61,694 nt of DNA, filler included, from Choristocarpus tenellus KU-1152 (GCA_964200185.2; 10 parts of 10 records of this genome joined end to end with filler, not necessarily neighbours in it); one strand, 5' to 3'. Shown: positions 11,990-24,580, counted from the first letter of the whole stretch. Notes: generated by a model not told the origin, from the sequence alone. Numbers and translations: made by a program.

Positions 11990-13090
11990 ATTGTGTTGCA
12001 TGGAAGAAAGGAGTTTGTAATATAACCTTGGTATCTTCAAACTTTAGTCATTGTCACAGTGACCTCAAGCTGGAATTGTGCAAAACTGCCAAGGCGGGGT
12101 TCACTCTGAAATTTCTCCCGGGTGATGAAAAAGTCAACCAGCTCAAGAACAGAGTTTTCAGTGGCGTGTCTATGGTCTACAGTGTTACAACATTGAAATG
12201 ACAATTCTATGATGCAGGTTGGAGTCCCAGGGATGGGTTCTACAACGGTAGTTGGATCTCCCACATGACTTCAGGAAGCAAAAGTATCTTTACTAAAGAA
12301 GTGTTGCAGCAGACAATTGCAGGTCTTGCGTGAGCACTGGGATATCTTTCTAAAATAAACAATGACTCCCTAATGTGAAGAGGAACAGATCAGCAATGGA
12401 CGAGTACTCCAAGACAGCTTGGGGACTCTGCAAAGCGCTGGTGTTTCAGGCAAGCATCCGGACCTCAATTCAGGCCATCCACAGTGTCTTGGGGATACCT
12501 ACGGTTGTTCTTTCCAACCTCAAACAAGGAGAATCAGTGCTTATACAGTAAGGATGCATTTCACCTTTCCAACTAGTAACTTGTTACCAAGGCTCACATC
12601 CAATTATCCAAGCAATACTTGCAAGAGTTTCCTACAAATGTTTGCTGCAGCACTTTCTTAGAAAGGTTTTTTGCTTTCTGAAGACATGTGGGAGATCCAA
12701 TAACCACTGCATCACCCAGCCCCAGGACCCCAACCTCCACCAAGGATTTGTCAGTTCAATGCCCCACTGAGCTGAAGGCAATTCACCATTGCCACATTTC
12801 ATGACTGCAACAACGTAGGCCAAGGACACACCACTGAAGGCTCTGTTCTTGAGATGATCAAACTATTACCATTCAAAAGAAATTCCAAAATACACTCTGT
12901 TGTGGCAGTTCAACAATTTACAGCTTGAGGTCACTGTGACAATGACCTTTGGCATCGCAAGCTTCCAAGAACAGAAAACAGGTAGATTGTGACCCTGGGT
13001 CAAGTATGGAAGCCAGAGATTGGATACTGCCCCAGATTTTGAACTTGCAAAAAGCAAGGTGTATCCAGCCTCACAAATTCCATGTACAAC
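11990..13090. repeat. Diverged long inverted repeat (arms about 11990-12345 and 12600-13090)
   Basis: Reverse-complement blocks such as GTCATTGTCACAGTGACCTCAAGCTG (12047) vs CAGCTTGAGGTCACTGTGACAATGAC (12921), and TTGGATCTCCCACATG (12251) vs CATGTGGGAGATCCAA (12685), in collinear order. Confidence 0.85.
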
Positions 13091-15904
13091 AACAAAAAAA
13101 GTCCATTCAAAAAGTATTTTTACTCCTAGTCCTAACCCAAAAACTTTACCAGCATCAAATTTTGGGGTTAAATTATTTGGGTACTGCAAGAGATGGGACT
13201 TATTACCTTGATACTCAATGCTCTCCTTCGCATCCTCAAGTTACCCTCTATGTCTTTGCTGCCAAACACGCAAGTACAGCCTTTAGTTGTGAAACACCTC
13301 TATAATGTACGGTAACCTCACTCTGCAGATTCTCTCGTCTGATTTTTGCAGCTCCTTCTCCCTGTAAGAACAAATATATGCTATGCCACTAAATATGATG
13401 GGCAAGGATTCTTGCAAGTGCAGCTTTCTCTCAAAAAGGCATGATGTTCAACAAAATGAGTCCATTTCCTTCTCTCGTGGCTTTCCTACTCAAGATACCC
13501 AAAAGTATTTTCAAACCCAGTTGAGTCTGGCTAGGCTCCCAAGAATGACGGAGATAGATTTCCATCGACCCAAATTTGCAGCCTCCGACCCATTACCCAT
13601 TTCGCTTCCTGATACATGCCATTAAATTAAACCTCCTAAACAAAGAGATCATGGCATCCCTTGAAAAGCTGGCCTGTAAGTAGAAACCACCCCTCAAAAT
13701 AGTAGTGGCTTCATCTTATGTCCCTCCTTAACCTCCGACCTCCACCATAACCCATCCTCATTCTACTAAATTTGCAACAATTTCTTTCAAGTTTCAGTTG
13801 TGCGATAGGATCTAGGGTAAATCAGACCTGGGATATGAACAATTGGAAGTACTGTAGACTGAATCTGTTGCGCATGTTGCTATGCCCCGTGTCCTGACCC
13901 ATACCCACATATAACCCATGGTACAGAACAGTTAATAAGATGCAACAACCTCACAATCTTTGGTGCTGGTCTTGCTCACGGCCTACGACACAAAAGTAAC
14001 GACTGCTTACCGCTCTTTGAATCATCTTGTGTACGACAAGATTCTCCAAGGCAGCCCCAGCATAGTCAGTGGTGTCCAGTCCCATGCCCTTTGCAAGATA
14101 GGCGATCCAGTCCCTTCGAATCTCTACGGCCTGTTCTCCTTGCCAATCCACAGGCTTTTCCAACTTCTTGAATGGAACAGGGCCCTGAGGAATAGTAACC
14201 AATGTTAAAATCCACAAATGAGGATTACGCACCATGAAGAGGAGTGGAGGGGTTGTGCTATACAGACCCTCGGACAAGGATTGATGGCGAACTCTACTTG
14301 ATGCTTTATCAAATATATTAGGGGCACGAGTTTCTCTGGTCTCTAGATAACACCAGTGTGGAATTGGATGCGATTTCATTTTCGTATGACTACATTCTAG
14401 GTCAGTTCGCTAGAGGTAATCTTAACCCCATCCACCCATCCACCATCTGAGGACGCTGCTTCCTACCTCAGGTCCCTGCACCGGAGAGAGAGGAGGCTGG
14501 GATATGCTGTGCCATCTACTCTTTCGTTTGAATTTGGGCTGAGCCATACTTGCTGGCCTGGGCTTTCCACTGGGAGCATCTATTTGCCCTGGAGTCTGGT
14601 ATGTAAACCTCACGCCTTCACAGTCTCCCAGCTTACCGAGTTCCGGAGGCGTATCTTCCGCATTATTAAAGTACACTCTTGATCTGTACACATTAAATCA
14701 GTGGAAGATTGAGGTGGACATTAGAGTAGAGGGTCGAAGAAATTCGTCTGAGATGCGTGTAGAGGAGCACATATCTTGGATCCACACAGGAGGTAAAGCC
14801 AAACGTATTTCCCACCTGGTGATGGACTTCGAATTGATTGAAATCTCCGAAGCCTTGGCTTTGAGGGGGCCATGCAAAGGAGTTTCCTTTCCCCTTCCTG
14901 AACCTTCTTTCACTGACAAAGAGGACGATCGAGAGTGTTTTCGTCCCACTACTAATGATGTTGATCGCCGATAAGAAGAACGTGGCAAACCTCCCTTTGG
15001 TTGAGACATCTTGCTTACATCCCGCAACGGTTTATTTCCCACTCAGTAAGGAACCGTGTAGACCAGAATTGCTCCCTGCAGTGACATAATGTGAAATGTA
15101 GATTAAGGGTTATAAGTTAACAATGTTGAATATCGATGCAAGATCTCTCTTGGACTAATACTACTACTGTGTTGTTATACTACCCTTGATAACATATTTT
15201 TTAACGCAAATTCAATTTTTTTTTGTTCTGATAGTAATGTTTAAATTTCTTCCTCTCTCTACACATTTGTTTCCATTTCTACATTCTTGCTAGATTTTTT
15301 TTGTGTATTTCTGTTAGGTAGGTAGGTGCATGTAAGTTTGTTTTTTGTTAGATACATATTTTCTTTCCGACCTCATATTTGTAGTCTTTTCTCTTCAACA
15401 AACAATTATTGTGGTTCTTTGACCATTTAATGATAACATCAAGAAAAAAAGCATAATTTCAAATCATATACTAACGACATATTCCGCTTGTTATAAGGAA
15501 CTGAAGAAAAATGAAACACCCTACAACAAACAGAACAATATATTGGAAGAGTCTGTATTTCTTGATGGTTTATACATTGTTTCTGTTAGACATCCTGAAG
15601 TCATGTCGTTATACTTCAAACAATCTGTTATAGTGCCTTTCATTTTTTTTGGCACGTTGACATCCAATCAATCTACCAACGAATATGTCAATGAGAATAA
15701 TAATATGGCGCGAAAGCGCACCCACTACGAGGGCTCCTTTGATCCTCGTAGTTATAACCTCAACACNNNNNNNNNNNNNNNNNNNNNNNNNNNNNNNNNN
15801 NNNNNNNNNNTTAATTAATTAANNNNNNNNNNNNNNNNNNNNNNNNNNNNNNNNNNNNNNNNNNNNGTCTAGTCGTAGCTGTGCTCTTTCTCCCTCGCTT
15901 GTCT

Positions 15905-15936
15905 CCCCCCCCCCCCCCCCCCAGATACTTTGAGCC
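15905..15936. mobile_element. MITE family B terminus near contig start
   Basis: Poly-C followed by AGATACTTTGAGCC. Confidence 0.75.
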
Positions 15937-16502
15937 ATTGCAGCAATCCAAGAGCTACGAGTGGACTAACTAAGCTAAAATAAATGAGAGAGGTACCCAT
16001 AGTCGGATTTTAAGAGATTCCGACAAGGAGTGTTAAAAATTTGGCACTATTTTTTTTTTTTTTTACAAATTTTAATGCATATTGGAACTTTCTTGGAACT
16101 TTCTTCTCAGTCTTGTCGACACGTTTTCAGACAAAATATAAAAAATATAAAATATAAGAAGTCAATGCTCTCAAGTCAACCTTGACACTTCACCCACAGA
16201 AGTATTGGTGAATTCCAAGAGATTTTAATAAATAATCTAAACTGGCTATATAATGTGGAAAAAAAAACCCGGCCAGAACCTGGGTACCTCTCCTCTACTT
16301 TGACTCAATATATTTTCAACAAGCCAGGGCGTAGCAGAGGACATGTGGGGATTTGAACTCTAGAATTACTCAATCCACTAACCCTAACCCTAAGCGGCAT
16401 GGAGTGAATACCTCGAAATTCATCCGTGCTTTAGTCTGACACCTAGTGTGAGTGGTGCGCCATGCTTGTAAAGCTTCAAGGGAGGAGTAGCCTGAGCACT
16501 AT

Positions 16503-16780
16503 GACTCAAAGTATCTCAGAGGGTAGAGCTGTGCCCATTTGGGGGGCCAAAGTCCAATGTTCCAATCTTGATGTAATTTTGACTATAGCATTTGTTAGGA
16601 GCTGTCAATATCCTTGTTCTGGACACCCCTTTTCATAGCGTACACATTTTACCTACCTACTCTGAAACATTCTGGAGTAGGTAGGTAAAATGTCATTTAA
16701 AAAAAAAAAACGTGAGAAGTCAAGCCCCAAACGGACAAACAGGGGAAAACTCATACCCTAACCCTAAAATACTTTCACTC
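16503..16780 (+). mobile_element. MITE family A in an intron of the PP2C gene; one TIR carries a telomeric insert
   Basis: Both TIRs present; flanks TAT/TTT; perfect 19-bp internal hairpin arms at 16644-16662 and 16675-16693. Confidence 0.9.
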
Positions 16781-16820
16781 TTTTGCCGTTTGTAGATATA
16801 TCAGCAAAAAGCACCCTCAC

Positions 16821-18151
16821 CATTTGGATAGTAACCTCTTTGTGAGACAAAGGCAAAGCGTACATTGTAGCTGCCACCACCTTCAGTTTGGATAGACATG
16901 ACCTGGTCATGGGATAAATAGTGATTTGGGGTGGGGAAGCACACACAATACTACTGTGAGATAAATTGTTGAAGCTTCACTGTTGAAAGGTGTCTAGAGT
17001 TCAATCTCTGCCTGAAACACAGGTGAAACATGAGCAAACATTCTTCTCCCTTCGTTGATACATTTTCCCTAGTCACTCGTTGCCATATTCATGCATATCT
17101 TTCAGGAACTCCTAAATATATATATATATTTGGCGATTGTGTGTTTGCCTGGAAAGTGTTCAAGAATTCTTGACTGTAGTACCTTGTTTTTGTTCTACCT
17201 CATGAGTTGAGACCAACTACGGGGCTAAAACCTATGGACCAGAAAGACATTACTACTTTGGAGTACCTTGGAATAAATACTGTAAAGGTAGGCTGAGGTC
17301 AAGACATACTTTGACATGAAACACTTGCGATGTGCAATATTTACACTATCATCCATTCCGAGTCAAGTGGTATGCACTCACCTCTGTTTCTTTGCTGCTA
17401 ACCATGCGTTTGTGTACATCTCCCTCCGTCAGGCCATCTCCAACATAGGAGAAATCACTTCTTTCGCTGCCTCTATCATTTTCATTGACCATGACTCCAT
17501 CCTTATCAACAAGTGTTACCTGTGGGATTGAATTGAGAGTCGGGAGAGAGGAGAACGAGATGCAAGACCAGGGCCAGTCACTTCCAATGAGGGGGAAAGA
17601 AAGGCAATGGCGACTTTCCCTCCATCTCTACTCCTATCATGATTTTGATGCAATGACAGTTCAAGTGAATCCCCTTGTTCCTGGGAAATTATCCTCAAAA
17701 CAAAGAAGTAGGGATTTTTGCATCGAGAGAGAACTAGCAATCACAGTTCGCATTTACGAATAATCCTTTGGACCTCTCCCCGCCATCATGCCCTAGGAGT
17801 CTACTGCAACACAATGGAGCCCGTTATTGTTCCTCTAAGCATCTAAGTATACGTCAGAAATTGCAAACTTTGTCATTGTAATGAGGCAAGTGAAACAAAA
17901 ACACACCGGTTGACTGATACAATACGGTAGGCACCTATCCGCTCTTATCACTCAACTTTGTAAAGCTCCTACAACCAGTGCCATCCTATCCCGACCCATC
18001 CTTCTTCTCTGCAAAGTGTTGAAAATGGATGTTCTGGACGGGAAGAATCACTATCACGTACCTTGAGCCCCCCGACGTGCTTTAGGTCGTTTTCACTTCC
18101 ACCAGAGGACTTGAGGAAGCTTGCTACCTTGGAGCTTTGCGTGCATCCCAT
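16821..18151 (-). CDS. 5' part of a PP2C (PPM) family protein phosphatase with an N-terminal myristoylation/palmitoylation motif; exons 18151-18062, 17519-17382, 16902-16821
   Basis: Spliced product MGCTQSSKV...GGLK|VTLVDKDG...LTEGDVHKRMVSSKETE|VMSIQTEGGGSYNVRFAFVSQRGYYPN; canonical GT-AG with phases 0 and 0. SQRGYYP opens the PP2C domain of the plant/stramenopile PP2C35-like and PP2C-cNMP-kinase group. No further exon found before the contig ends. Confidence 0.85.
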
Positions 18152-19560
18152 ACTGTGTCAAGAATACCCCTAAAATATAGCAACCACTGTGATGTTCGTC
18201 CGTACTTATTGCTGGGAGTTCCCCGCTGCCCTCTAAGGCGGCGGGATCTTCTAACCTATCATTGCTCCATTGCACGTATGACAATTAACCAGGAAAGACA
18301 CTTGCTTCCTCCTTGTCCACCAAACCCTTGCTATTTTTTCCTCGAAGGCACGGTACGTATGTGATATCTCGCTCTCGGTCTCCCTTTAGTGACGATTATT
18401 GTAATGGTTGAGGTCGAGGATGTCTTTAGGGTCAGAGATCGAGGTGCGATCATTGACTGCAGCAAGATCAGGAGACCTGAGTGGGCTTTTATTGTTGACA
18501 AAGGTCTAAGAAGTTGAAAATGCTGTTCCTCTCCGTCAATTTCATTTTCGTGACTGCAGTGTACTTCATCTTGTGAGGAGGTTATTAACCTGTATTTATT
18601 TGAACAACAAGGTCCACACGAAACGGTCTTACGAAACGGAATTTCGCTTTACTGAACCTCACTTCAAACGACGAACTGGAAAAAAAACTATTCCTGCAGA
18701 ATCGTGGGTGATTGGTGCTAACATAATCCTCCTCAAAAAGTGATCCCTCTTTATTGCATGCCGGAACGAGCATTGCAATCGCGCGGAACGACGTAGGGAC
18801 TCATGCAGAGGAGATTGATCCTCGTCATCGATGCTCATTACAAAGGACAAATCTGGATGTTAACGCAGAGGTGGCCTAAGTGGTTATCAGCACTATACCT
18901 GTGTACATTCCAATAAGTCGCACAAAGATACCTTGAATTTCCAGAGAGCATAGATATTTTTCCTCTTTGTTCTTATTTTCTTCTCCATGTCTTCTCAATG
19001 AGAAATATTTGTACTCCTTCTGGCGGTGCATCCTTGTCTTGGTTGGTTCTTGACAACAATATAATGTTGTATGCATCATGATGCCTAATCGTTGCTTCTA
19101 CATATTAATTCGTTGTGGTCGTGACCTGAACACAAGCCTCATTTCATTGCTTCACATAGCTTCCAAGAAAGCATTATATAAGTAGTATTTGTACACCTAC
19201 TTTATCAAAGCCTCAAAATCCTTCCCCCCCACACACTATAGAACACAAATCATCCATACCTTGCACAACAAAACTGATTGTAAATATGATGTGGTAATGT
19301 ATTTTATCCAGGAGTATGTCGATCCGCACGTTATCTTGCGGGAGGCCATGGACGACCATGTCCGCAAACTCAAGCATAAACTCACAAGTAGACTTTGACC
19401 TTGGTGATCACCTTGTGCAGTGAAGAAGTTTCTGCTACCAACAAAATGAGGTCATGGGCTTGAGATCACTTGGAGATCTCAAACATGAGTTTACAAGGAT
19501 GACACCAGCAATGCTGACGATAAAGACGACAGTCGGGGTGATGTGAGACCCGGAGGAAGA

Positions 19561-19744
19561 GGCTCAAAGTATCTGGGGGGAGGGTGGCGACAGTCCATTT
19601 GGGGTCCATTTTTCCATGTCGCGATTTTTAGGTTATTTGGTTGCATGTGTCGGATGGATAATGTAAGTTTACTTCTCCTGGTCAGGGTCCGAATGGACAC
19701 CCTGGTGTAGAACCCCCTCCCTCCCCCCCCAGATCCTTTGAGCC
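19561..19744 (+). mobile_element. MITE family B, complete (184 bp, TSD AGA)
   Basis: GGCTCAAAGTATCTGGGGGG...CCCCCCAGATCCTTTGAGCC; AGA on both sides. Confidence 0.92.
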
Positions 19745-20495
19745 AGAAGCTCAAGCGGGTTGGTGTTGGAGTGCAAGGCATATTGCCAATGCTTTCCTCC
19801 TTACAGATGACTGCTGCTACATGGTAGGCCACAATGGGCTACTTTTGATCAACGAGGACAGTTCATTTCTTGGCTAAGCTCCAAGGACCTGAGAATCTTA
19901 GATGCGATTTAATCCCTGGAGTCTACCTCCGAAAAGTATGTTGGTAGACCTTTTCACAGGACTACATGATCATGATCTTCACAAATGAGCAAAGGGCAAA
20001 GGAGGATGGGGAGAGGAATTTGAAGATGCAGGACAAAAGCAAGGAGCCCAAACCACACAGTTTTGATCTTGACATCACTTGGGACAGGAGGAAAGGTGGT
20101 TTCCAGTGCATTGTCCTCTTCCTTCACCCATCCCTCAATTCCTTGTAGACACCCAACCTCCCACACACGGGCCTTCTTGCTAGTGCACAAATGTCCTTGA
20201 AGCAGTGAATAATTCATTCTTAGTAGACTCACTTTTGTGTGCTAATTCTTTTCGCAAGTAAGTTATGTTGCCTAATGGCTGCTTCCAGGCTGCAAGTGGA
20301 CAGAAGAATAAGCTAGCAAGTATCGTTAGAGTCGGTGTGCTGTCCGCCTATTAAGCTTCCCGTTCATTCCTGGTGCATCCATCTAAACCCTAACCCTAAC
20401 CCTATCCATCATCAAGCACACGCACACACCCCTCCAGTTCCCAACATTGATAGCACCATTTGTGTATTTACTTTGATGCAATATGCCTTACTAGT

Positions 20496-20756
20496 GAATG
20501 AAAGTATCTTAGAGGGTAAAAGTTTTGCCCTGTTTGTCCATTTGGGGCTTGGCTTCACATGTTTTTTTCTAAGACATCTTTCCTACTCCACAATATTTCG
20601 AGGAAGTATAATGTGTACGTTATCAAAAGGTGTGTCCGCGGAACTAGGATATAGAGACTTCCTAAAAAACACGATAGCCAAAACTACATCAAAATTGCAA
20701 CATTGGATTGTGGCCCCCAAAAGGATGCGGATCTACCCTCTAAGATAAATTGGCTC
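20496..20756 (-). mobile_element. MITE family A, complete (TSD AGT)
   Basis: TIRs at both ends; AGT at 20493-20495 and 20757-20759. Confidence 0.92.
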
Positions 20757-20926
20757 AGTCTTCTTTCACATGTAGATATCGGTGTGTGCTTATGTGTGTA
20801 TGTGCATCTCACATGCATTGTACTTCTGTTAATACCATTGCCCTTGTTTTGAGTGCTTCCTACTCCAAAGCATTGCGCTAATAGCGTTGGATATGTTCAG
20901 GTAGTCTCATGGAGTAAGAATTTTGT

Positions 20927-21196
20927 GAGCGGAAGTATCTTAGAGGGTGCGATTTTCCCCCTGTTTGTTCATTTGGGGCTTGGTTTCCCATGGGACATTA
21001 ATGACATTTTACCTACTCCGAAATGTTTTGGTTTTGGAGTAGGTAAAATGTATACGTTATGAAGAGGTGTGTCCGGAACAAGGATATTGACACTTCCTAA
21101 CAAACACGATAGTCAAAACTACATCAAGACTGTAACGTTGGATTTTGGCCCCCAAAATGGACGCGGCCCTACCCTAACCCTAAGGTACTTTGACTC
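20927..21196 (-). mobile_element. MITE family A, complete; telomeric insert in the GAGCC-side TIR
   Basis: TIRs at both ends; flanked by TTGT/TTGT (apparent 4-bp duplication). Confidence 0.9.
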
Positions 21197-21431
21197 TTGT
21201 GTTCTTTGAGAGCAAGGGATTGAAATGAAATGTACACAAACTTGGAAGCAGTACTCGCTTTCAAACTGTTTTAATGCTCTTCCTGCGATAATCTATTGTG
21301 ATTAATAGTAAAAAAAGTGATTGTAAATACATTTGTGCCTCTGTTTCTAGGGTACACCAGAGAGTCAAAGTATATGATGAGAGGCACCCAGAGTTGAATA
21401 TTAAGAGTGCCAGCCATTATGTCCAGAATTT

Positions 21432-21603
21432 GGCTCAAAGTATCTGGGGAGGGGGTGGCAGCTGTTCATTGCAGGCACCTTTTCCAATGTCATGATTTTT
21501 GGGTGATTTTGGGTGCATGTATCGGATGGATAATGTAAGTGCACTTCTCCTGGTCAGGCTTTGAATGGACACCCTGGTGTAACCCCCCCCCCCCCCCCCA
21601 CAA
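21432..21603 (+). mobile_element. MITE family B, truncated at poly-C by contig end
   Basis: Collinear with 19561-19744. Confidence 0.9.
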
Positions 21604-21728
21604 NNNNNNNNNNNNNNNNNNNNNNNNNNNNNNNNNNNNNNNNNNNNTTAATTAATTAANNNNNNNNNNNNNNNNNNNNNNNNNNNNNNNNNNNNNNNNN
21701 NNNGCCTGTAACACTGTATCCTACCTCA

Positions 21729-21913
21729 GGTTCAAAGTATCTGGGGGGGGGGGGAGGGGTCTACACCAGGATGTCCATTTGGGCCCTGACCAGGAGGAGT
21801 GAATGTACATTGTCGATCCGACACATGCAACCAAATCACCCAGAAATTGCGACATGGAAAAATGGGTCCCGAATGGACAAGCTGCCACACACCCCCCCCA
21901 GAAAATTTGAGTC
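21729..21913 (-). mobile_element. MITE family B, complete (TSD TCA)
   Basis: Reverse complement of the 19561 copy; TCA at 21726-21728 and 21914-21916. Confidence 0.9.
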
Positions 21914-22664
21914 TCACCCCCTCATTCTATGCCCATTATGTCTATGGCACAAGGGAGAAACAACCCATCTATCTATTTCTTAGAGTGCGAATGTAATATA
22001 TTTCTAGAGGTAAAGAAGGTTCTATTTGTATTCGTTTTTTTGTCTTACCTCTCTCTTTTGTTGGCGTTTCAAGTGTAGGCAGTACCTGGGTCCGCAATGT
22101 GGATGAATTTGGTTCAATGTTTGCAAATAGCACTCCAACTATAATGAGACTGTGGTTGTTGTATGGCAATCGAATAGTTTTGCTTGAAGAAATGGAGACT
22201 ATCTATGTTGCTCTGTTTTTTATTCTCGATTTCCCTTCCACTTGTTTCTTGTTCCTCCAAAACAACATATGCGAAACTGTGACTGACCAGCCAGGCAAAA
22301 TAATATTAAATTATCTTGTGTATTAGAAGCATTTCGAAATATACAGATACTACGCATACCCTCTGTATATAATATATTCATTGGGCTGGTGGTGAAGTAC
22401 ATAGTACTTGGTAATAGTCCAACAACTGGGTACCGTATGCAGAAATTTGTGCTTATCCTACACCTCGGAAGACGGAATCCCCTTCATGATCAACCACCAC
22501 GTCCGCATGGATGCGATCTTCCATTTAGGGGCTCTCTCCAATCTAGCCTTCTTACCGACAATTTTTTTTTGTCCTGGGAAGCCAATGCCCTTCACTGAGT
22601 TTCAAGCGGACTAACACACACCCCACAATTGTCAACAAATGATGGCGTTACTCAAAGGCACAAC

Positions 22665-23380
22665 CACTACAAGGGATCTTCTGACCCTCGTAATTTTGAC
22701 GTAACAAATTTGCAGTGGAAAGCTTCAAGCACCTCGGTACAAGGGAATAGAGTATTTTCCAGATGAGGTGGCGACTCATGTTGTGGGCGGTAGAGGACCT
22801 GAGGGTTTTAGTAGGAAAGAATTAGTTCAGAAACTCCTTAGATTGTGTCAGTTTCTCCTCCAATGGCCATCTGCAGATGGACTTGTATTTAACGGACTGG
22901 AGACTCTAGGCCAGTGGGCTTGGAGAGCCTTGACTGATTCTTGGGATTCTCCCTTTCTTCTCGTCCATTTTCGGAGTGTCAGTCTAGGAGCTACTTATGT
23001 CGTTTTTTTCTTTTTGTTTTACATACACCACAACTTTGGTTGGAAGGTATTTTAGTCTTTTCCTCTTATTGCGTTTCTTGTAATTCTTTTACACAGTATT
23101 TCTTCTTGTGCATTGATATTTTGTTTTATTTATGTCTTTCCTTTGCGTTTTTTTTTTTTTCCATCACAATGTTTGCAACATCTCAGTGAGCGCAATACCA
23201 TAACAATCATACAACATTTTCTTATTGGTACATATATTCCGAAGGTTATACGGCCTGGTCATTGCACAAAACACGCCAGCCACATATTGTTGTTCCAAAT
23301 ATTAAATGATATACACTTTCTTCCAGTCAATTTTGGGTCAAGCTCATCCTCAATGAAAAGCTCCATCCTCAATTTTTGAA
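22665..23380 (+). mobile_element. Repeat family C copy, possible CACTA/EnSpm-like terminus
   Basis: Starts CACTACAAGGGATCTT; homologous to about 55821-56160 (GATGAGGTGGCGACTCATGTTGT and TTGACTGATTCTTGGGATT blocks); 23331-23376 matches 40298-40344. The opposite TIR was not found. Confidence 0.45.
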
Positions 23381-24004
23381 ATCCCCTGTTGATTGGTGCG
23401 ACAGATTGTTTCATTGGCGCCACAAGTGGTGTTGTCCAGACGAGGTGCGCGTTTTAGCACCTGTGGAGTCTCCTGACCAGTTGGCCAGGCAAGATCTGAC
23501 AAATTTCTGGGATTTTTTCGAAATTTATTTCTAAGTTTTCATTCTTAGTGAAAGTGCCGTTAGTTCAAAGTAACTCCTACCTACACATAATCTCATATAT
23601 ATATATATATATATATATATTTATTCTTTTCTTGCACATTAATTGATGCATTCTATTATTTGTTGTTGAGGAAAGTCTTATTGTTATAGAAATACATACT
23701 CTGTTGTCTTGACTGTGTGGTCTCTCTGTTGAAACTTCAGTTTATTGAGACAATATCTCCTGTAAAATGTTACAGGGTGGGGTACGTTAAAAAGAAATAT
23801 GGCGTTGTGGCCGTTTATATTAGTACTAATATGCAATGTATACTCAAGCATTGGGGAACATAATTTCTACTCAGCGCACTAGTGTTTTGGAGTATTTATA
23901 ACTGGAAAAAAACATTATGTACTGATCATATTGTGGTATACACAGCTATGTCTACACACCTAACGATTAGTAATATTATTCTCCCCACCCTCCTACCAAG
24001 ACAG

Positions 24005-24580
24005 CAAAGTCCTCATGGCGAGTCCTTCACACAAGCTGTTTGCGCAAGCCCCACAGTACAGGCTTTAGGATCGTCCATTCACACCCTCCTTTCTACAAGT
24101 GTCCCCTCAGAAGACCTTACAGAAATCATTGGTCAAGACTGGGTAACCTGGGGAGAAACAACATCCCCCTCAACTGCCCTGGAGGTTAACTTCCTGGCAG
24201 CTCATGACGCCAGGATCACAAGGAGGGCTCAACATGAGCTCACACGCCTCCTGAACAGGAGCCGTTTCGACTCCTTCCGGACACAACTAACCGTCCAACC
24301 AAGTGAAGTACACCAGGGGAAGGAAAGTTCCTCATTAGCCCTAGCTCGCCACTGGAGTCAGTGTGGACGAGGGACAAACGCATATGGGCCTCAACTCAAC
24401 CTCTAGAGCTGGTATGCCAGATTCCCCCTGTATAATTCAAGCTCATAGCCCGCAGATCCCTAGGTAGAGAGGAGGCCCTGTCAAACAGGTGCCCAGTGGT
24501 GGGGTGCCGGAGGCAATATGTTGACACCAGACATGCCCGTACCTGCCTCAAGGCAGGAGGCCAGGTGCGACTGCACACAC
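24005..24580 (+). mobile_element. Degenerate non-LTR retrotransposon (CRE-like, RLE type), post-RT and CCHC region
   Basis: RRAQHELTRLLNR..LARHWSQCGRG, then after a frameshift FKLIARRSLGREEALSNRCPVVGCRRQYVDTRHARTCLKAGGQVRLH, a CCHC finger of the kind preceding the RLE in CRE-clade elements. Truncated by contig end. Confidence 0.7.

Noticed and set aside
16347-16362. B-box-like GAGTTCAAATCCCC on the minus strand (also GGTTCAAACC in family C) as tRNA or SINE
   Set aside because: No cloverleaf or convincing A-box could be built around it.
18700-20250. Exon-like fragments on the plus strand around MITE B (for example EYVDPHVILREAMDDH)
   Set aside because: Stops in all joinable frames and no recognisable motif; probably decayed TE sequence.
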